64,000 nt of DNA, taken from positions 36,276,437 to 36,340,436 of the forward strand of contig NC_092672.1 in assembly GCF_964355755.1 (NCBI RefSeq), given 5' to 3'. Below, in pieces: positions 1 to 14,336 of the stretch (position 1 is the stretch's first letter; each line of letters opens with the position of its first letter). The position numbers were made by a program, and so were the translations under genes. Source of the stretch: Antedon mediterranea (Eukaryota; Animalia; Echinodermata). The notes below the pieces were generated by a model. The model was given only the letters and a program-made list of their open reading frames with translations, was not told where the DNA came from and did no database searches.

Positions 1-3000
1 CATAATCAGCGATCACGAAATCTTAATGGTACATTTTGTAAGCCTGACAATTCATCACCTTCATTAAACAGTCAATTTGAAGTAAAAAACAGTGCTATTG
101 ATGATATTTATGTCTGTAAAGTATGTAATGATGTTATGTCTTTGTCTATGTTAGAGACTAAATGTTGCCATACTTTTTGTGCAAATTGTTTGTCCCAACT
201 GTTTTGTACACTAAAAGCAGATGTAATTCCTTGTCTTCAATGTTTGTCTCCTGTTTGCATTGTTGATGTGAAATCGCCATCGAAACTAAGCCAGCAATCA
301 TTGAGCTGAGATGCCAAAAGTGCTCGGACACACTTTTGTATCCAGAATGTCAAGATCATACTTGCATATCAAACTGCCAACTAAAGGTTAAAAAAATTAA
401 AAAAGCAGTAAATGAGATCAACGAATCAATCAATGAAGTGATACCTAATCAACTTGAAAAATTAGCTCATAAAGTAATTCACAAGTCTCTGAAGAAAAAC
501 AAGGAAATTACTTTAAACACAAATGGCAGGGTAAGTCAATTACAATTTTAAAATAAAAAAATACTGAAATATTAATCAAACTAAATTATAATGTTAATTG
601 AAATTTTATAAGCAAATTGTATTACTTTTAACCAGCCATTGAAAGTTACTGTTATTCCTAATGCAACAAAGTCAAGCAATGATGTGAGTCAACGAACTGT
701 AAAGCGAAGAACATCAGAGGTTCAGCGACTGAGGAAAGCAGTATCTGTAGGTGGGGAATTAAGACAGTTATCCGATGAAGTGAGTCACCTTCCTTCCAAA
801 CCTCCAAATCAAGATGTAGATGATAGCTTGGCGATGAAAGTTGACTGTGGTCTTGGTTGGCAACAAATTAGAAAGCTAAGAAGGTAAATAAAACAACTTT
901 GATTAGATAATATGATAATATAAGCATCACCAACATGTTTATTTAAATTGGCAAGTATCTCCGTTATTTAAAATGTACTGTTTTTACAAATTCTATTAGG
1001 TATTTTTTACCTGGGTTTATATCGTCAGAAAGACAAATGCAAGGTCGACAAGAAGAATTAACTCTTGATTTTATCGATGAAAAGATGATTCCCCTGGTTT
1101 TTAAATGTGATGGTGCAAATGGTAAAGATGGGTTTTTAGAGAAGATGGCTCCTGTAGTAGTAGTGAAAAATATCCATGACTTTTTATTTACACACCTGGA
1201 AAAACATGAAGAGTAAGTATTTTTTGGTAATCTAATCAGTCGCAAGTGTAACAATATTTTGTGTTGATTTATAAGGACAGTTAAACATAATATTTTGTAT
1301 ATACTTTTGTTTCTAGATTGCACAACATCAAACCAAAGGATGGGGAGATCCTGATCAAATTTGGTGGCGATAAAGGTGGCGGGTCCACAAAATTTGAGTT
1401 ACAAATTTGCAGCATTGACAAACCCAACGCCTTGCACAACATCCTTGTCGTGCTGATGTTTAATGCACCAGACTACACCACTAATTTATCTAGAACACTC
1501 CCACTCATCAGCAAACAAATCACAGATTTGAATGGACAAGAGTGGAGGTAGGATTAAATATATCTTAATATAATTTACAAAACATCATAATTACCTGAGT
1601 CATACATGAAATCTGCAATTAACATGTGTTTGTTCTATTTGTTTTTTAGAGGTTATAAACTGCGGGTCTTCTTTTTTGGAGATTATGATTTTCTAGTCCG
1701 AATATATGGGCTATATTCACCTAATGGTAAGAATAGAATTATAGATTAATTAGAAAATATGTTATGATTAATATATATTGTATGTATTGATATCACTGGA
1801 TGTATTCCTATTCCAGGAAGATACTGTTGTTTGTTTTGCACATCAACAAAAGATGACATAAACAAGGGAATTAAAAGGGAACCGAGATGTCTACAGAATA
1901 TGTCTGAAGATTATGCCAAATTTATTGACTCTGGGTCAAAAGAGGACAAAAGTAAGGATGTTTCTAGAAACATTGTACGGGCGCCAATGGTTAATGTAGA
2001 TATTGACCATGTAAGTTTTGATTTTACATTTTAAAACAACATTACATAATAAAATAATACATTTTATATAAACACTCATCATAACTAACTATAATTCTAA
2101 TAATGCAAATTAATGGTATTATTTCCTTTTCAAATAGGTATCAATACCATGTCTTCACATTTCACTTGGAGTTTTTAAAAAACTTTATGATTTGCTGGAA
2201 TGTGAAGCCCATGAGATGGACAAACAACTCTATAAGTTCAGGTATGGAAATAGAGTACATTAAAAAAAACAGTGTACCAATCAAAGATTCACTAATATAA
2301 TAGTAAATAATTTATGCATTTCAATAATGAAATTGTAACTACTAATTGTTTTTTAGACAACATAATCCATCAGCAGAGAGCAGAAACAATTTTGAGCTCT
2401 GCATTGCTCAAAGTGCCTTAAAACTAGAAGCAAGCAAAAAACAAATTGCGATACTAGAAGATGAAATAGTTACTATCGAGGACAATATGACTATTGCCCA
2501 GCTGGGACAGTCTGCCAGTGCCATTTCATCAAAGACTCAGAAAATTAAAGAACTCGTAAGTAAAGTAAAAAATCACGGACTAAGAGTGGCTAATGAAATT
2601 TACAAGATTTTTAATTATAACTAAAAATATATATAATTAAAAATATTGCATGTACTTTTAGAAAGAAACAATAGAGAAAGATCAACTAAAACATGGTATG
2701 GGGCCCATTGCATGTTCAATGGATTTGGTGCTGAAAGAAAATCGAGTAGACCGAAGAGCATACCACGGCAAGGCTTTCAATGGCAATCACGTCCATAAAT
2801 GTTGTAAGGTAAATTGCACATTTAATATCTAAACAATTTTATTGTTTAACATACTTTTATGTAATTTGATAATTTAACCTATTATTTTATTACAGATAAA
2901 CATCATTGCAAAACTTATGGATAAATTCAAAGAAACACTTGAGAGTCAGAGTATGGATATACCAATCAAACATGCACAAGCATTGACAATTCAGGCAAAG

Positions 3001-3505
3001 GGAATTGATGCCAAATTCACTCCACTTTTCCATAAATTTTCGGCAGTGGAACAAAAAATTAATCATACCCGGCCAGTTACCGACTATGAAATAAATGAAA
3101 TTGGTAAGCAGAATATTATACATTTCATTTAGATATTTCATTAAAATATGTAAATTATAAAAAACACAATATATTTTTTTTTTGATAGACAACGACATCA
3201 AGGATTTTTTTATAGAGTACAGGAAATATGGTTATAACATCTCACCTAAACTGCACATGTTGGAGGTGCATGTTGTACCAACCCTTCGAAGATGGCATGT
3301 TGGACTAGGCTTGCTCAGTGAGCAAGGTGGCGAGCAAATTCATGCAGCATTCAATCGACAGAGCCGCAACGTCCATGGCGTCAATTCAGAAGGCAAGAAA
3401 ATGAAATCCATAATGAAAAATCACATGGTGTACACAGTCCCCGAAATCCATCACAGAATAGTTCCACCTAAAAAAAGAAAACACAGTAAGTATAATGAAG
3501 AATGA
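1..3505 (+). pseudogene. Spliced RAG1-related (Chapaev-type) DDE transposase gene; 5' end lies outside the window; one frameshift near 290-309
   Basis: Exons read manually, all GT-AG and phase-consistent: <1-530, 636-883, 1000-1212, 1317-1547, 1650-1726, 1817-2010, 2138-2241, 2357-2555, 2662-2808, 2896-3103, 3189-3505. Motifs: C3HC4 RING (CKVC..CCHTFCANC..CLQC, 115-243), second zinc motif CQKC..HTC, NGRP at the exon 1/2 junction, KFGGDKGGGSTK (D at 1369), FGDYDFL (D at 1681), GRYCCLFC, PCLHISLG, AYHGKAFNGNHVHK, PKLHMLEVH, GLGLLSEQGGEQIH (E at 3332). Frame 1 stops at 307-309 while the zinc motif continues in frame 3. Confidence 0.88.
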
Positions 3506-3989
3506 AACTCTAATTAGACATCTAAATATGTTTTTGAATTATTTTTATTCTCATTTTCTATTTCTATTATTCTGGTATATGATTAATTACAGAAGTATTT
3601 GCAACAATTATTTAGTCAACAATGTTATTAATAATGTATTTATTGTAGGTACTGAAGAATGAAGATTCAATTGACATGGACTTGCAGACAGTAACACAAT
3701 TTTTGTGTTGCAAGTATCAACAGAGAGTTTTTTGTAAATGAAGAAGCAGGGAAAATTTTCATTTCAACATTTTTTTTGCAATATTATTGATAATCAAACT
3801 GATTTTTTAGTCGAGAAACATAGTTTTGTAGTTGCATTTTTTACTACATAATTTAGCAATAAAGTTGTTTTGTGAAGCTTTTTGCTATGCTACACTGGTG
3901 AAATTATTCCCTGAGAACTGCGTCAAAATTTGTCATTGTGATTAAAGAATGAGAATTTATTGTATGTAAAAAATTTACAAATAAAATAT

Positions 3990-4330
3990 TCTATACAAGG
4001 TTTATTGATGATTTAAAAAAAATGTATGTTGCAAAAAATAAATGCAGGTTTTTAATTTATGATATTGATAATGAAATTAAAAACCATTTTAAAAATTTAA
4101 ATAACACTAAACACTCATTTATTTAATGACTGGTTATAAATTAAAGAATTATCAAGGTTTATTGATGATTTTTGAAGAATTTATAAATGATGCAATAAGA
4201 AATGCATATTTTTATTATGATTTGAATTGTATTTAATTAAATTTAATAAGTAGCCATGTTAAAATGTAAATAACACCAATTATTTATTGACTGGTTGAAT
4301 AATATAATTGATTTTCGAAGAATTTATTGT
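3990..4330. repeat. Degenerate ~155-bp AT-rich tandem duplication downstream of the transposase
   Basis: CAAGGTTTATTGATGATTT occurs at ~3997 and ~4153, and AAATAACAC at ~4098 and ~4268. Confidence 0.5.
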
Positions 4331-5189
4331 TATATATAATGGAGTAAAGAAAACTTCATGGTTATAAGTCTAGCCCTACCATTAACAATGCCTAAAGCTG
4401 GACTTATTTTATATATTATTAATTAGCCTAGGCCTACATATACTATGTATTGCCTACCTTTACTATTTAAATGTTTTACATACTAATAATATTAATATTA
4501 TTATTAGGCTTAGGCCTACAAGACAACCTAGGCTAGTACTACTAGTTGTTGTAGTAGGGCCTACTAGTACTACTACTAGGCCTAGTACTAGCTTGGTCTA
4601 TTTAGGCCTATATTATTATTCTATTTTATTAATATTATTATTATGCTGTTCAATAATGTTGATTTTTCTTCTACTAGAATAGGCCTAATTAACAAATAAA
4701 AAAAAAATTAGGCCTACAGTAATAATATAGTGCTTTCCTTATTTATTTACATACACACGTGTAGCTAGGCCTAGATAATAGTGCAAGATCTGAAAGCGAA
4801 ACGTCGTGAAATGATCAATTCTCGGGCGCGCATACGCGCTAGGCCCACTACACGGTATACACTCTTCCCAGGAGCGCCGTGAAGTTGGTTACTTATTCCT
4901 TATTCGACATTCGTCGATGGAAGTTGGTTCCTTATTCGACGTTCGACATTCGCTAGGCTAGGCCAAAATTTCGAAAATGATAATTTCCCAGCGGTAAATA
5001 TGCCGTGCGCCACCAACCAATCTCCTGCTGTTACTTATTCCCTATTCGACATTCATTAGTGAAGTTGGTTCCTTATTCGACGTTCGCTAGGCCGCGGCCG
5101 ACCGGCTGGCCCAAATTCGTACCAAAGTAGACCTAGTCTAGATGTACCTATTTTATCACAGATTTACATTTTTTAGTTCCGATATTACG

Positions 5190-8100
5190 ACCATACCAAC
5201 GCCTCGGGCCAGGTTCACAATAGTATAGATTGACGTAGTATGGTCCTGGAATTCCAGAAATGTGCCACTTGCCCGGACCCAGATCGGGCAAGTACGGATT
5301 TTAAAGCAATTTAAAATGCGTATTTTTAGCATTAATTTAGTAAACACCACTTTTAAAGTGGCCATATGACCACACACCGACGCCTCGCGTCGGGTACACA
5401 ATAGTATAGATTGACGTAGTATGGTCCTGGCATTCCAGAAATGTGCCACTTGCCCCGGCCCAGTGCGGGCAAGTATGGATTTTAAAGCAATTTCAAATGC
5501 GTATTTTTAGTGTTATTTTACTAAGTATTAATAGCACCACTTTTAAAGTGGCAATATGACCACACCCCGACGCCTCGGGCCGGGTTCACAATAGTATGGA
5601 TTGACATAGAAAGGTCCAGACTTTCTAGAAATGTGCCACTTGCCCCGGCCCAGTGCGGGCAAGTACGTGTTTTAAAGCAATTTAAAATGCGTATTTTTAG
5701 TGTTATTTTACTAAGTATTAATAGCACCACTTTTAAAGTGGCCATCTGACCACACCCCGACGCCTCGGGCCGGGTACACAATAATATAGATTGACGTAGT
5801 ATGGTCCTGGCATTCCAGAAATGTGCCACTTGCCCCGGCCCAGTGCGGGCAAGTACGTGTTTAAAAGCAATTTTAAATGCGTATTTTTAGCATTAATTTA
5901 CTAAGAATTAATAGCACCACTTTTAAAGTGGCCATATGACCACACCCCAACGCCTCGGGCCGGGAACACAATAGTATAGATTGACGTAGAATGGTCCTGG
6001 CATTCCAGAAATGTGCCACTTGCCCCGGCCCAGTGCGGGCAAGTACGTATTTTAAAGCAATTTTAAATGCGTATTTTTAGCATTAATTTAGTAAACACCA
6101 CTTTTAAAGTGGCCATATGACCACACCCCGACGCCTCGGGCCGGGTACACAATAGTATAGATTGACTTAGTATGGTCCTGGCTTTCCAGAAATGTGCCAC
6201 TTGCCCCGGCCCAGTACGGGCAAGTACGACGTGTTTAAAAGCAATTTCAAATGCGTATTTTTAGCATTAATTTACTAAGAATTAATAGCACCACATTTAA
6301 AGTGGCCATATGACCACACCCCGACGCCTCGGGCCGGGAACACAATAGTATAGATTAACGTAGTATGGTCCTGGCATTCCAGAAATATGCCACTTGCCCC
6401 GGCCCAGTGCGGGCAAGTACGGATTTTAAATCAATTTAAAATGCGTATTTTTAGCATTAATTTAGTAAACACCACTTTTAAAGTGGCCATATGACCACAC
6501 CCCGACGCCTCGGGCCGGGTACACAATAGTATAGATTGACGTAGTATGGTCCTGGCTTTCCAGAAATGTGCCACTTGCCCCGGCCCAGTGCGGGCAAGTA
6601 CGGATTTTAAAGCAATTTAAAATGCGTGTTTTTAGTGTTATTTTACTAAGTATTAATAGCACCACTTTTAAAGTGGCAATATGACCACACCCCGACGCCT
6701 CGGGCCGGATTCACAATAGTATGGATTGACGTAGAATGGTCCGGACATTCCAGAAATGTGCCACTTGCCCCGGCCCAATGCGGGCAAGTACGTGTTTTAA
6801 AGCAATTTAAAATGCGTATTTTTAGTGTTTTATTTTACTAAGTATTAATAGCACCACTTTTAAAGTGGCCATATCACCACACCCCGACGCCTCGGGCCGG
6901 GTACACAATAATATAGATTGACGTAGTATGGTCCTGGCATTCCAGAAATGTGCCACTTGCCCCGGCCCAGTGCGGGCAAGTACGGGTTTTAAAGCAATTT
7001 AAAATGCGTATTTTTAGTGTTATTTTACTAAGTATTAATAGCACCACTTTTAAAGTGGCAATATGACCACACCCCGACGTCTCGGGCCGGGTACACAATA
7101 GTATAGATTGACGTAGTATGGTCCTGGCTTTCCAGAAATGTGCCACTTGCCCCGGCCCAGTGCGGGCGAGTACGGATTTTAAAGCAATTTAAAATGCGTA
7201 TTTTTAGCATTAATTTAGTAAACACCACTTTTAAAGTGGCCATATGACCACACCCCGACGCCTCGGACCGGGTACACAATAGTATAGATTGACGTAGTAT
7301 GGTCCTGGCATTCCAGAAATGTGCTACTTGCCCCGGCCCAGTGTGGGCAAGTACGGGTTTTAAAGCAATTTAAAATGCCTATTTTTAGCAAAAATTTACT
7401 AAGAATTAATAGCACCACTTTTAAAGTGGCCATATGACCACACCCCGACGCCTCGGGTCGGGTTCACAATAGTATAGATTGATGTAGAATAGTCCTGGAA
7501 TTCCAGAAATGTGCCACTTGCCCCGGCCCAGTGCGGGCAAGTAAGTGTTTAAAAGCAATTTCAAATGCGTAATTTTAGCATTAATTTACTAAGAATTAAT
7601 AGCACCACATTTAAAGTGGACATATGACCACACCCCGACGCCTCGGGTCGGGTTCACAATAGTATAGATTGATGTAGAATAGTCCTGGCATTCCATAAAT
7701 GTGCCACTTGCCCCGGCCCAGTGCGGGCAAGTAAGTGTTTAAAAGCAATTTCAAATGCGTATTTTTAGCATTAATTTACTAAGAATTAATAGCACCACAT
7801 TTAAAGTGGCCATATGACCACACCCCGACGCCTCGGGCCGGGAACACAATAGTATAGATTGACGTAGTATGGTCCTGGCATTCCAGAAATATGCCACTTG
7901 CCCCGGCCCAGTGCGAGCAAGTACGGATTTTAAAGCAATTTAAAATGCGTATTTTTAGCATTAATTTAGTAAACACCACTTTTAAAGTGGCCATATGACC
8001 ACACCACCCCGACGCCTCGGGCCGGGTACACAATAGTATAGATTGACGTAGTATGGTCCTGGCTTTCCAGAAATGTGCCACTTGCCCCGGCCCAGTGCGG

Positions 8101-11100
8101 GCAAGTATGGATTTTAAAGCAATTTAAAATGCGTATTTTTAGTGTTATTTTACTAAGTATTAATAGCACCACTTTTAAAGTGGCAATATGACCACACCCC
8201 GACGCCTCGGGCCGGGTTCACAATAGTATGGATTGACGTAGAAAGATCCAGACTTTCTAGAAATGTGCCACTTGCCCCGGCCCAGTGCGGGCAAGTACGT
8301 GTTTTAAAGCAATTTAAAATGCGTATTTTTAGTGTTATTTTACTAAGTATTAATAACACCACTTTTAAAGTGGCCATATGACCACACCCCGACGCCTCGG
8401 GCCGGGTACACAATAATATAGATTGACGTAGTATGGTCCTGGCATTCCAGAAATGTGCCACTTGCCCCGGCCCAACGCGGGCAAGTACGTGTTTAAAAGC
8501 AATTTTAAATGCGTATTTTTAGCATTAATTTACTAAGAATTAATAGCACCACTTTTAAAGTGGCCATATGACCACACCCCAACGCCTCGGGCCGGGAACA
8601 CAATAGTATAGATTGACGTAGAATGGTCCTGGCATTCCAGAAATGTGCCACTTGCCCCGGCCCAGTGCGGGCAAGTACGGATTTTAAAGCAATTTTAAAT
8701 GCGTATTTTTAGCATTAATTTAGTAAACACCACTTTCAAAGTGGCCATATGACCACACCCCGACGCCTTGGGCCGGGTACACAATAGTATAGATTGACTT
8801 AGTATGGTCCTGGCTTTCCAGAAATGTGCCACTTGCCCCGGCCCAGTGCGGGCAAGTACGACGTGTTTAAAAGCAATTTCAAATGCGTATTTTTAGCATT
8901 AATTTACTAAGAATTAATAGCACCACTTTTAAAGTGGCCATATGACCACACCCCAACGCCTCGGGCCGGGAACACAATAGTATAGATTGACGTAGAATGG
9001 TCCTGGCATTCCAGAAATGTGCCACTTGCCCCGGCCCAGTGCGGGCAAGTACGGATTTTAAAGCAATTTAAAATGCGTATTTTTAGCATTAATTTAGTAA
9101 ACACCACTTTTAAAGTGGCCATATGACCACACCCCGACGCCTCGGGCCGGGTACACAATAGTATAGATTGACTTAGTATTGTGCTGGCTTTCCAGAAATG
9201 TGCCACTTGCCCCGGCCCAGTGCGGGCAAGTACGTGTTTAAAAGCAATTTCAAATGCGTATTTTTAGCATTAATTTACTAAGAATTACCGTAATAGCACC
9301 ACATTTAAAGTGGCCATATGACCACACCCCGACGCCTCGGGCCGGGAACACAATAGTATAGATTAACGTAGTATGGTCCTGGCATTCCAGAAATATGCTA
9401 CTTGCCCCGGCCCAGTGCGGGCAAGTACGGATTTTAAAGCAATTTAAAATGCGTATTTTTAGCATTAATTTAGTAAACACCACTTTTAAAGTGGCCATAT
9501 GACCACACCCCGACGCCTCGGGCCGGGTACACAATAGTATAGATTGACGTAGTATGGTCCTGGCTTTCCAGAAATGTGCCACTTGCCCCGGCCCAGTGCG
9601 GGCAAGTACGGATTTTAAAGCAATTTAAAATGCGTGTTTTTAGTGTTATTTTACTAAGAATTATATAATAGCACCACTTTTAAAGTGGCCATATGACCAC
9701 ACCCCGACGCCTCGGGCCGGGTACACAATAATATAGATTGACGTAGTATGGTCCTGGCATTCCAGAAATGTGCCACTTGCCCCGGCCCAGTGCGGGTAAG
9801 TACGGGTTTTAAAGCAATTTAAAATGCGTATTTTTAGTGTTATTTTACTAAGTATTAATAGCACCACTTTTAAAGTGGCAATATGACCACACCCCGACGT
9901 CTCGGGCCGGGTACACAATAGTATAGATTGACGTAGTATGGTCCTGGCTTTCCAGAAATGTGCCACTTGCCCCGGCCCAGTGCGGGCGAGTACGGATTTT
10001 AAAGCAATTTAAAATGCGTATTTTTGGCATTAATTTAGTAAACACCACTTTTAAAGTGACCATATGACCACACCCCGACGCATCGGGCCGGGTACACAAT
10101 AGTATAGATTGACGTAGTATGGTCCTGGCATTCCAGAAATGTGCCACCTGCCCCGGCCCAGTGCGTGCAAGATGTACGTGTTTTAAAGCAATTTCAAATG
10201 CGTATTTTTAGCAAAAATTTACTAAGAATTAATAGCACCACTTTTAAAGTGGCCATATGACCACACCCCGACGCCTCGGGTCGGGTTCACAATAGTATAG
10301 ATTGATGTAGAATGGTCCTGGCATTCCATAAATGTGCCACTTGCCCCGGCCCAGTGCGGGCAAGTAAGTGTTTAAAAGCAATTTCAAATGCGTATTTTTA
10401 GCATTAATTTACTAAGAATTAATAGCACCACATTTAAAGTGGCCATATGACCACACCCCGACGCCTCGGGCCGGGAACACAATAGTATAGATTGACGTAG
10501 TATGGTCCTGGCATTCCAGAAATATGCTACTGCCCCGGCCGAGTGCGGGCAAGTACGGATTTTAAAGCAATTTAAAATGCGTATTTTTAGCATTAATTTA
10601 GTAAACACCACTTTTAAAGTGGCCATATGACCACACCCCGACGCCTCAGGCCGGGTACACAATAGTATAGATTGACGTAGTATGGTCCTGACTTTCCAGA
10701 AATGTGCCACTTGCCCCGGCCCAGTGCGGGCAAGTACGTGTTTAAAAGCAATTTCAAATGCGTATTTTTAGCATTAATTTACTAAGAATTAATAGCACCA
10801 CTTTTAAAGTGGCCATATGACCACACCCCAACGCCTCGGGCCGGGAACGCAATAGTATAGATTGACGTAGAATGGTCCTGGCATTCCAGAAATATGCCAC
10901 TTGCCCCGGCCCAGTGCGGGCAAGAACGGATTTTAAAGCAATTTAAAATGCGTATTTTTAGCATTAATTTAGTAAACACCACTTTTAAAGTGGCCATATG
11001 ACCACACCCCGACGCCTCGGGCCGGGTACACAATAGTATAGATTGACGTAGTATGGTCCTGGCTTTCCAGAAATGTGCCACTTGCCCCGGCCCAGTGCGG

Positions 11101-13597
11101 GCAAGTACGGATTTTAAAGCAATTTTAAATGCGTATTTTTAGTGTTATTTTACTAAGTATTAATAGCACCACTTTTAAAGTGGCAATATGACCACACCCC
11201 GACGCCTCGGGCCGGGTTCACAATAGTATGGATTGACGTAGAAAGGTCCAGACTTTCTAGAAATGTGCCACTTGCCCCGGCCCAGTGCGGACAAGTACGT
11301 GTTTTAAAGCAATTTCAAATGCGTATTTTTAGCAATAATTTACTAAGAATTAATAGCACCACTTTTAAGGTGGCCATATGACCACACCCCGACGCCTCGG
11401 GCCGGGTACACAATAATATAGATTGACGTAGTATGGTCCTGGCATTCCATAAATGTGCCACTTGCCCCGGCCCAGTGCGGGCAAGTACAGGTTTTAAAGC
11501 AATTTAAAATGCGTATTTTTAGTGTTATTTTCTAAGTATTAAAAGCACCACTTTTAAAGTGGCAATATGACCACACCCCGACGCCTCGGGCCGGGTACAC
11601 AATAGTATAGATTGACGTAGTATGGTCCTGGCTTTCCAGAAATGTGCCACTTGCCCCGGCCCAGTGCGGGCAAGTACGGATTTTAAAGCAATTTAAAATG
11701 CGTATTTTTAGCATTAATTTAGTAAACACCACTTTTAAAGTGGCCATTATGACCACACCCCGACGCCTCGGGTCGGGTTCACAATAGTATAGATTGATGT
11801 AGAATGGTCCTGGCATTCCATAAATGTGCCACTTGCCCCGGCCCAGTGCGGGCAAGTACGTGTTTAAAAGCAATTTCAAATGTGTATTTTTAGCATTAAT
11901 TTACTAAGAATTAATAGCACCACATTTAAAGTGGCCATATGACCACACCCCGACGCCTCGGGTCGGGTTCACAATAGTATAGATTGATGTAGAATGGTCC
12001 TGGCATTCCATAAATGTGCCACTTGCCCCGGTCCAGTGCGGGCAAGTACGTGTTTAAAAGCAATTTCAAATGCGTATTTTTAGCATTAATTTACTAAGAA
12101 TTAATAGCACCACATTTAAAGTGGCCATAATATGACCACACCCCGGCCCCTCGGGCCGGGTACACAATAGTATTGATTGACGTAGTATGGTCCTGGCATT
12201 CCAGAAATATACCACTTGCCCCGGCCCAGTGCGGGCAAGTACGGATTTTAAAGCAATTTAAAATGCGTATTTTTAGCATTAATTTAGTAAACACCACTTT
12301 TAAAGTGGCCATATGACCACACCCCGACGCCTCGGACCGGGTACACAATAGTATAGATTGACGTAGTATGTTCCTGGCATTCCAGAAATGTGCTACTTGC
12401 CCCGGCCCAGTGTGGGCAAGTACGGGTTTTAAAGCAATTTAAAATGCGTTTTTTTAGCAAAAATTTACTAAGAATTAATAGCACCACTTTTAAAGTGGCC
12501 ATATGACCACACCCTGACGCCTCGGGTCGGGTTCACAATAGTATATATTGATGTAGAATAGTCCTGGCATTCCATAAATGTGCCACTTGCCCCGGCCCAG
12601 TGCGGGCAAGTAAGTGTTTAAAAGCAATTTCAAATGCGTATTTTTAGCATTAATTTACTAAGAATTAATAGCACCACATTTAAAGTGGCCATATGACCAC
12701 ACCCCGACGCCTCGGGCCGGGAACACAATAGTATAGATTGACGTAGTATGGTCCTGGCATTCCAGAAATATGCCACTTGCCCCGGCCCAGTGCGAGCAAC
12801 TACGGATTTTAAAGCAATTTAAAATGCGTATTTTTAGCATTAATTTAGTAAACACCACTTTTAAAGTGGCCATATGACCACACCCCGACGCCTCGGGCCG
12901 GGTACACAATAGTATAGATTGACGTAGTATGGTCCTGACATTCCAGAAATGTGCCACCTGCCCCGGCCCAGTGCGTGCAAGTACGTGTTTTAAAGCAATT
13001 TCAAATGCGTATTTTTAGCAAAAATTTACTAAGAATTAATAGCACCACTTTTAAAGTGGCCATATGACCACACCCCGACGCCTCGGGTCGGGTTCCCAAT
13101 AGTATAGATTGATGTAGAATAGTCCTGGCATTCCATAAATGTGCCACTTGCCCCGGCCCAGTGCGGGCAAGTAAGTGTTTAAAAGCAATTTCAAATGCGT
13201 ATTTTTAGCATTAATTTACTAAGAATTAATAGCACCACATTTAAAGTGGCCATATGACCACACTTCGACGCCTCGGGCCGGGAACACAATAGTATAGATT
13301 GACGTAGTATGGTCCTGGCATTCCAGAAATATGCCACTTGCCCCGGCCCAGTGCGAGCAAGTACGGATTTTAAAGCAATTGAAAATGCGTATTTTTAGCA
13401 TTAATTTAGTAAACACCACTTTTAAAGTGGCCATATGACCACACCCCGACGCCTCGGGCCGGGTACACAATAGTATAGATTGACGTAGTATGGTCCTGGC
13501 TTTCCAGAAATGTGCCACTTGCCCCGGCCCAGTGCGGGCAAGTATGGATTTTAAAGCAATTTAAAATGCGTATTTTTAGTGTTATTTTACTAAGTAT
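5190..13597 (-). repeat. Left-arm satellite array, ~45 copies of a 181/190-bp monomer
   Basis: The unit ...GTGCCACTTGCCCCGGCCCAGTGCGGGCAAGTAC..TTTTAAAGCAATT..AGCACCACTTTTAAAGTGGCCATATGACCACACCCCGACGCCTCGGGCCGGG.. recurs throughout. A 9-bp indel gives two monomer lengths. Confidence 0.97.
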
Positions 13598-14336
13598 GTG
13601 AAAGTGTTTATAATAAGTATTGCACGCGTTGGACCGGGGCAAGTGGAACATTTTCTGGATCATACTACATCAATCTAACCCGGCCCGAGGTGTGGTCATA
13701 TTGCCACTTAAAATTGGTGCTATTAATACTTAGTCAAAAACACTAAAAATACGCATTTTAAATTGCTATAAAACACATACTTGCCCGCACCGGGCCGGAC
13801 AAGTGACACATTTCTGAAATGCCAGGACCTTACTACGTCAATCTATACTATTGTGAACCCGGCCCGAGGCGTCGGGTGTGGTCATATTGCCAATTTAAAT
13901 GTGGTGCTGTTAATTCTTAGTAAATTAATGCTAAAAATACGCATTTGAAATTGCTTTAAAATCCGTACTTGCCCGCACTGGGCCGGGGCAAGTGGCACAT
14001 TTCTGGAAAGCCAGGACCATACTACGTCAATCTATACTATTGTGTTCCCGGCCAGAGGCGTCGGGTGTGATCATATGGCCACTTTAAAAGTGGTGCTATT
14101 ATAATACTTAGTAAAATAACACTAAAAAGACGGATTTTAAATTGCTTTAAAACCCGTACTTGCCCGCACTGGGCCGGGGCAACTGGCACATTTCTGGAAT
14201 GCCAGGACCATACTACGTCAATCTATACTATTGTGTACCCGGCCCGAGGCGTCGAAGTGTGGTCATATGGCCACTTTAAATGTGGTGCTATTAATTCTTA
14301 GTAAATTAATGCTAAAAATACGCATTTGAAATTGCT

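Noticed and set aside
4420-4780. Cluster of TAGGCCTA/TAGTACTA palindromes
   Set aside because: The motif is scattered across the whole window, so it is a background compositional feature rather than a locus-specific signal.
4851-4860. CACGGTA as an alternative transposon end
   Set aside because: It has the wrong orientation for a right end, and no spaced nonamer or partner repeat is seen.
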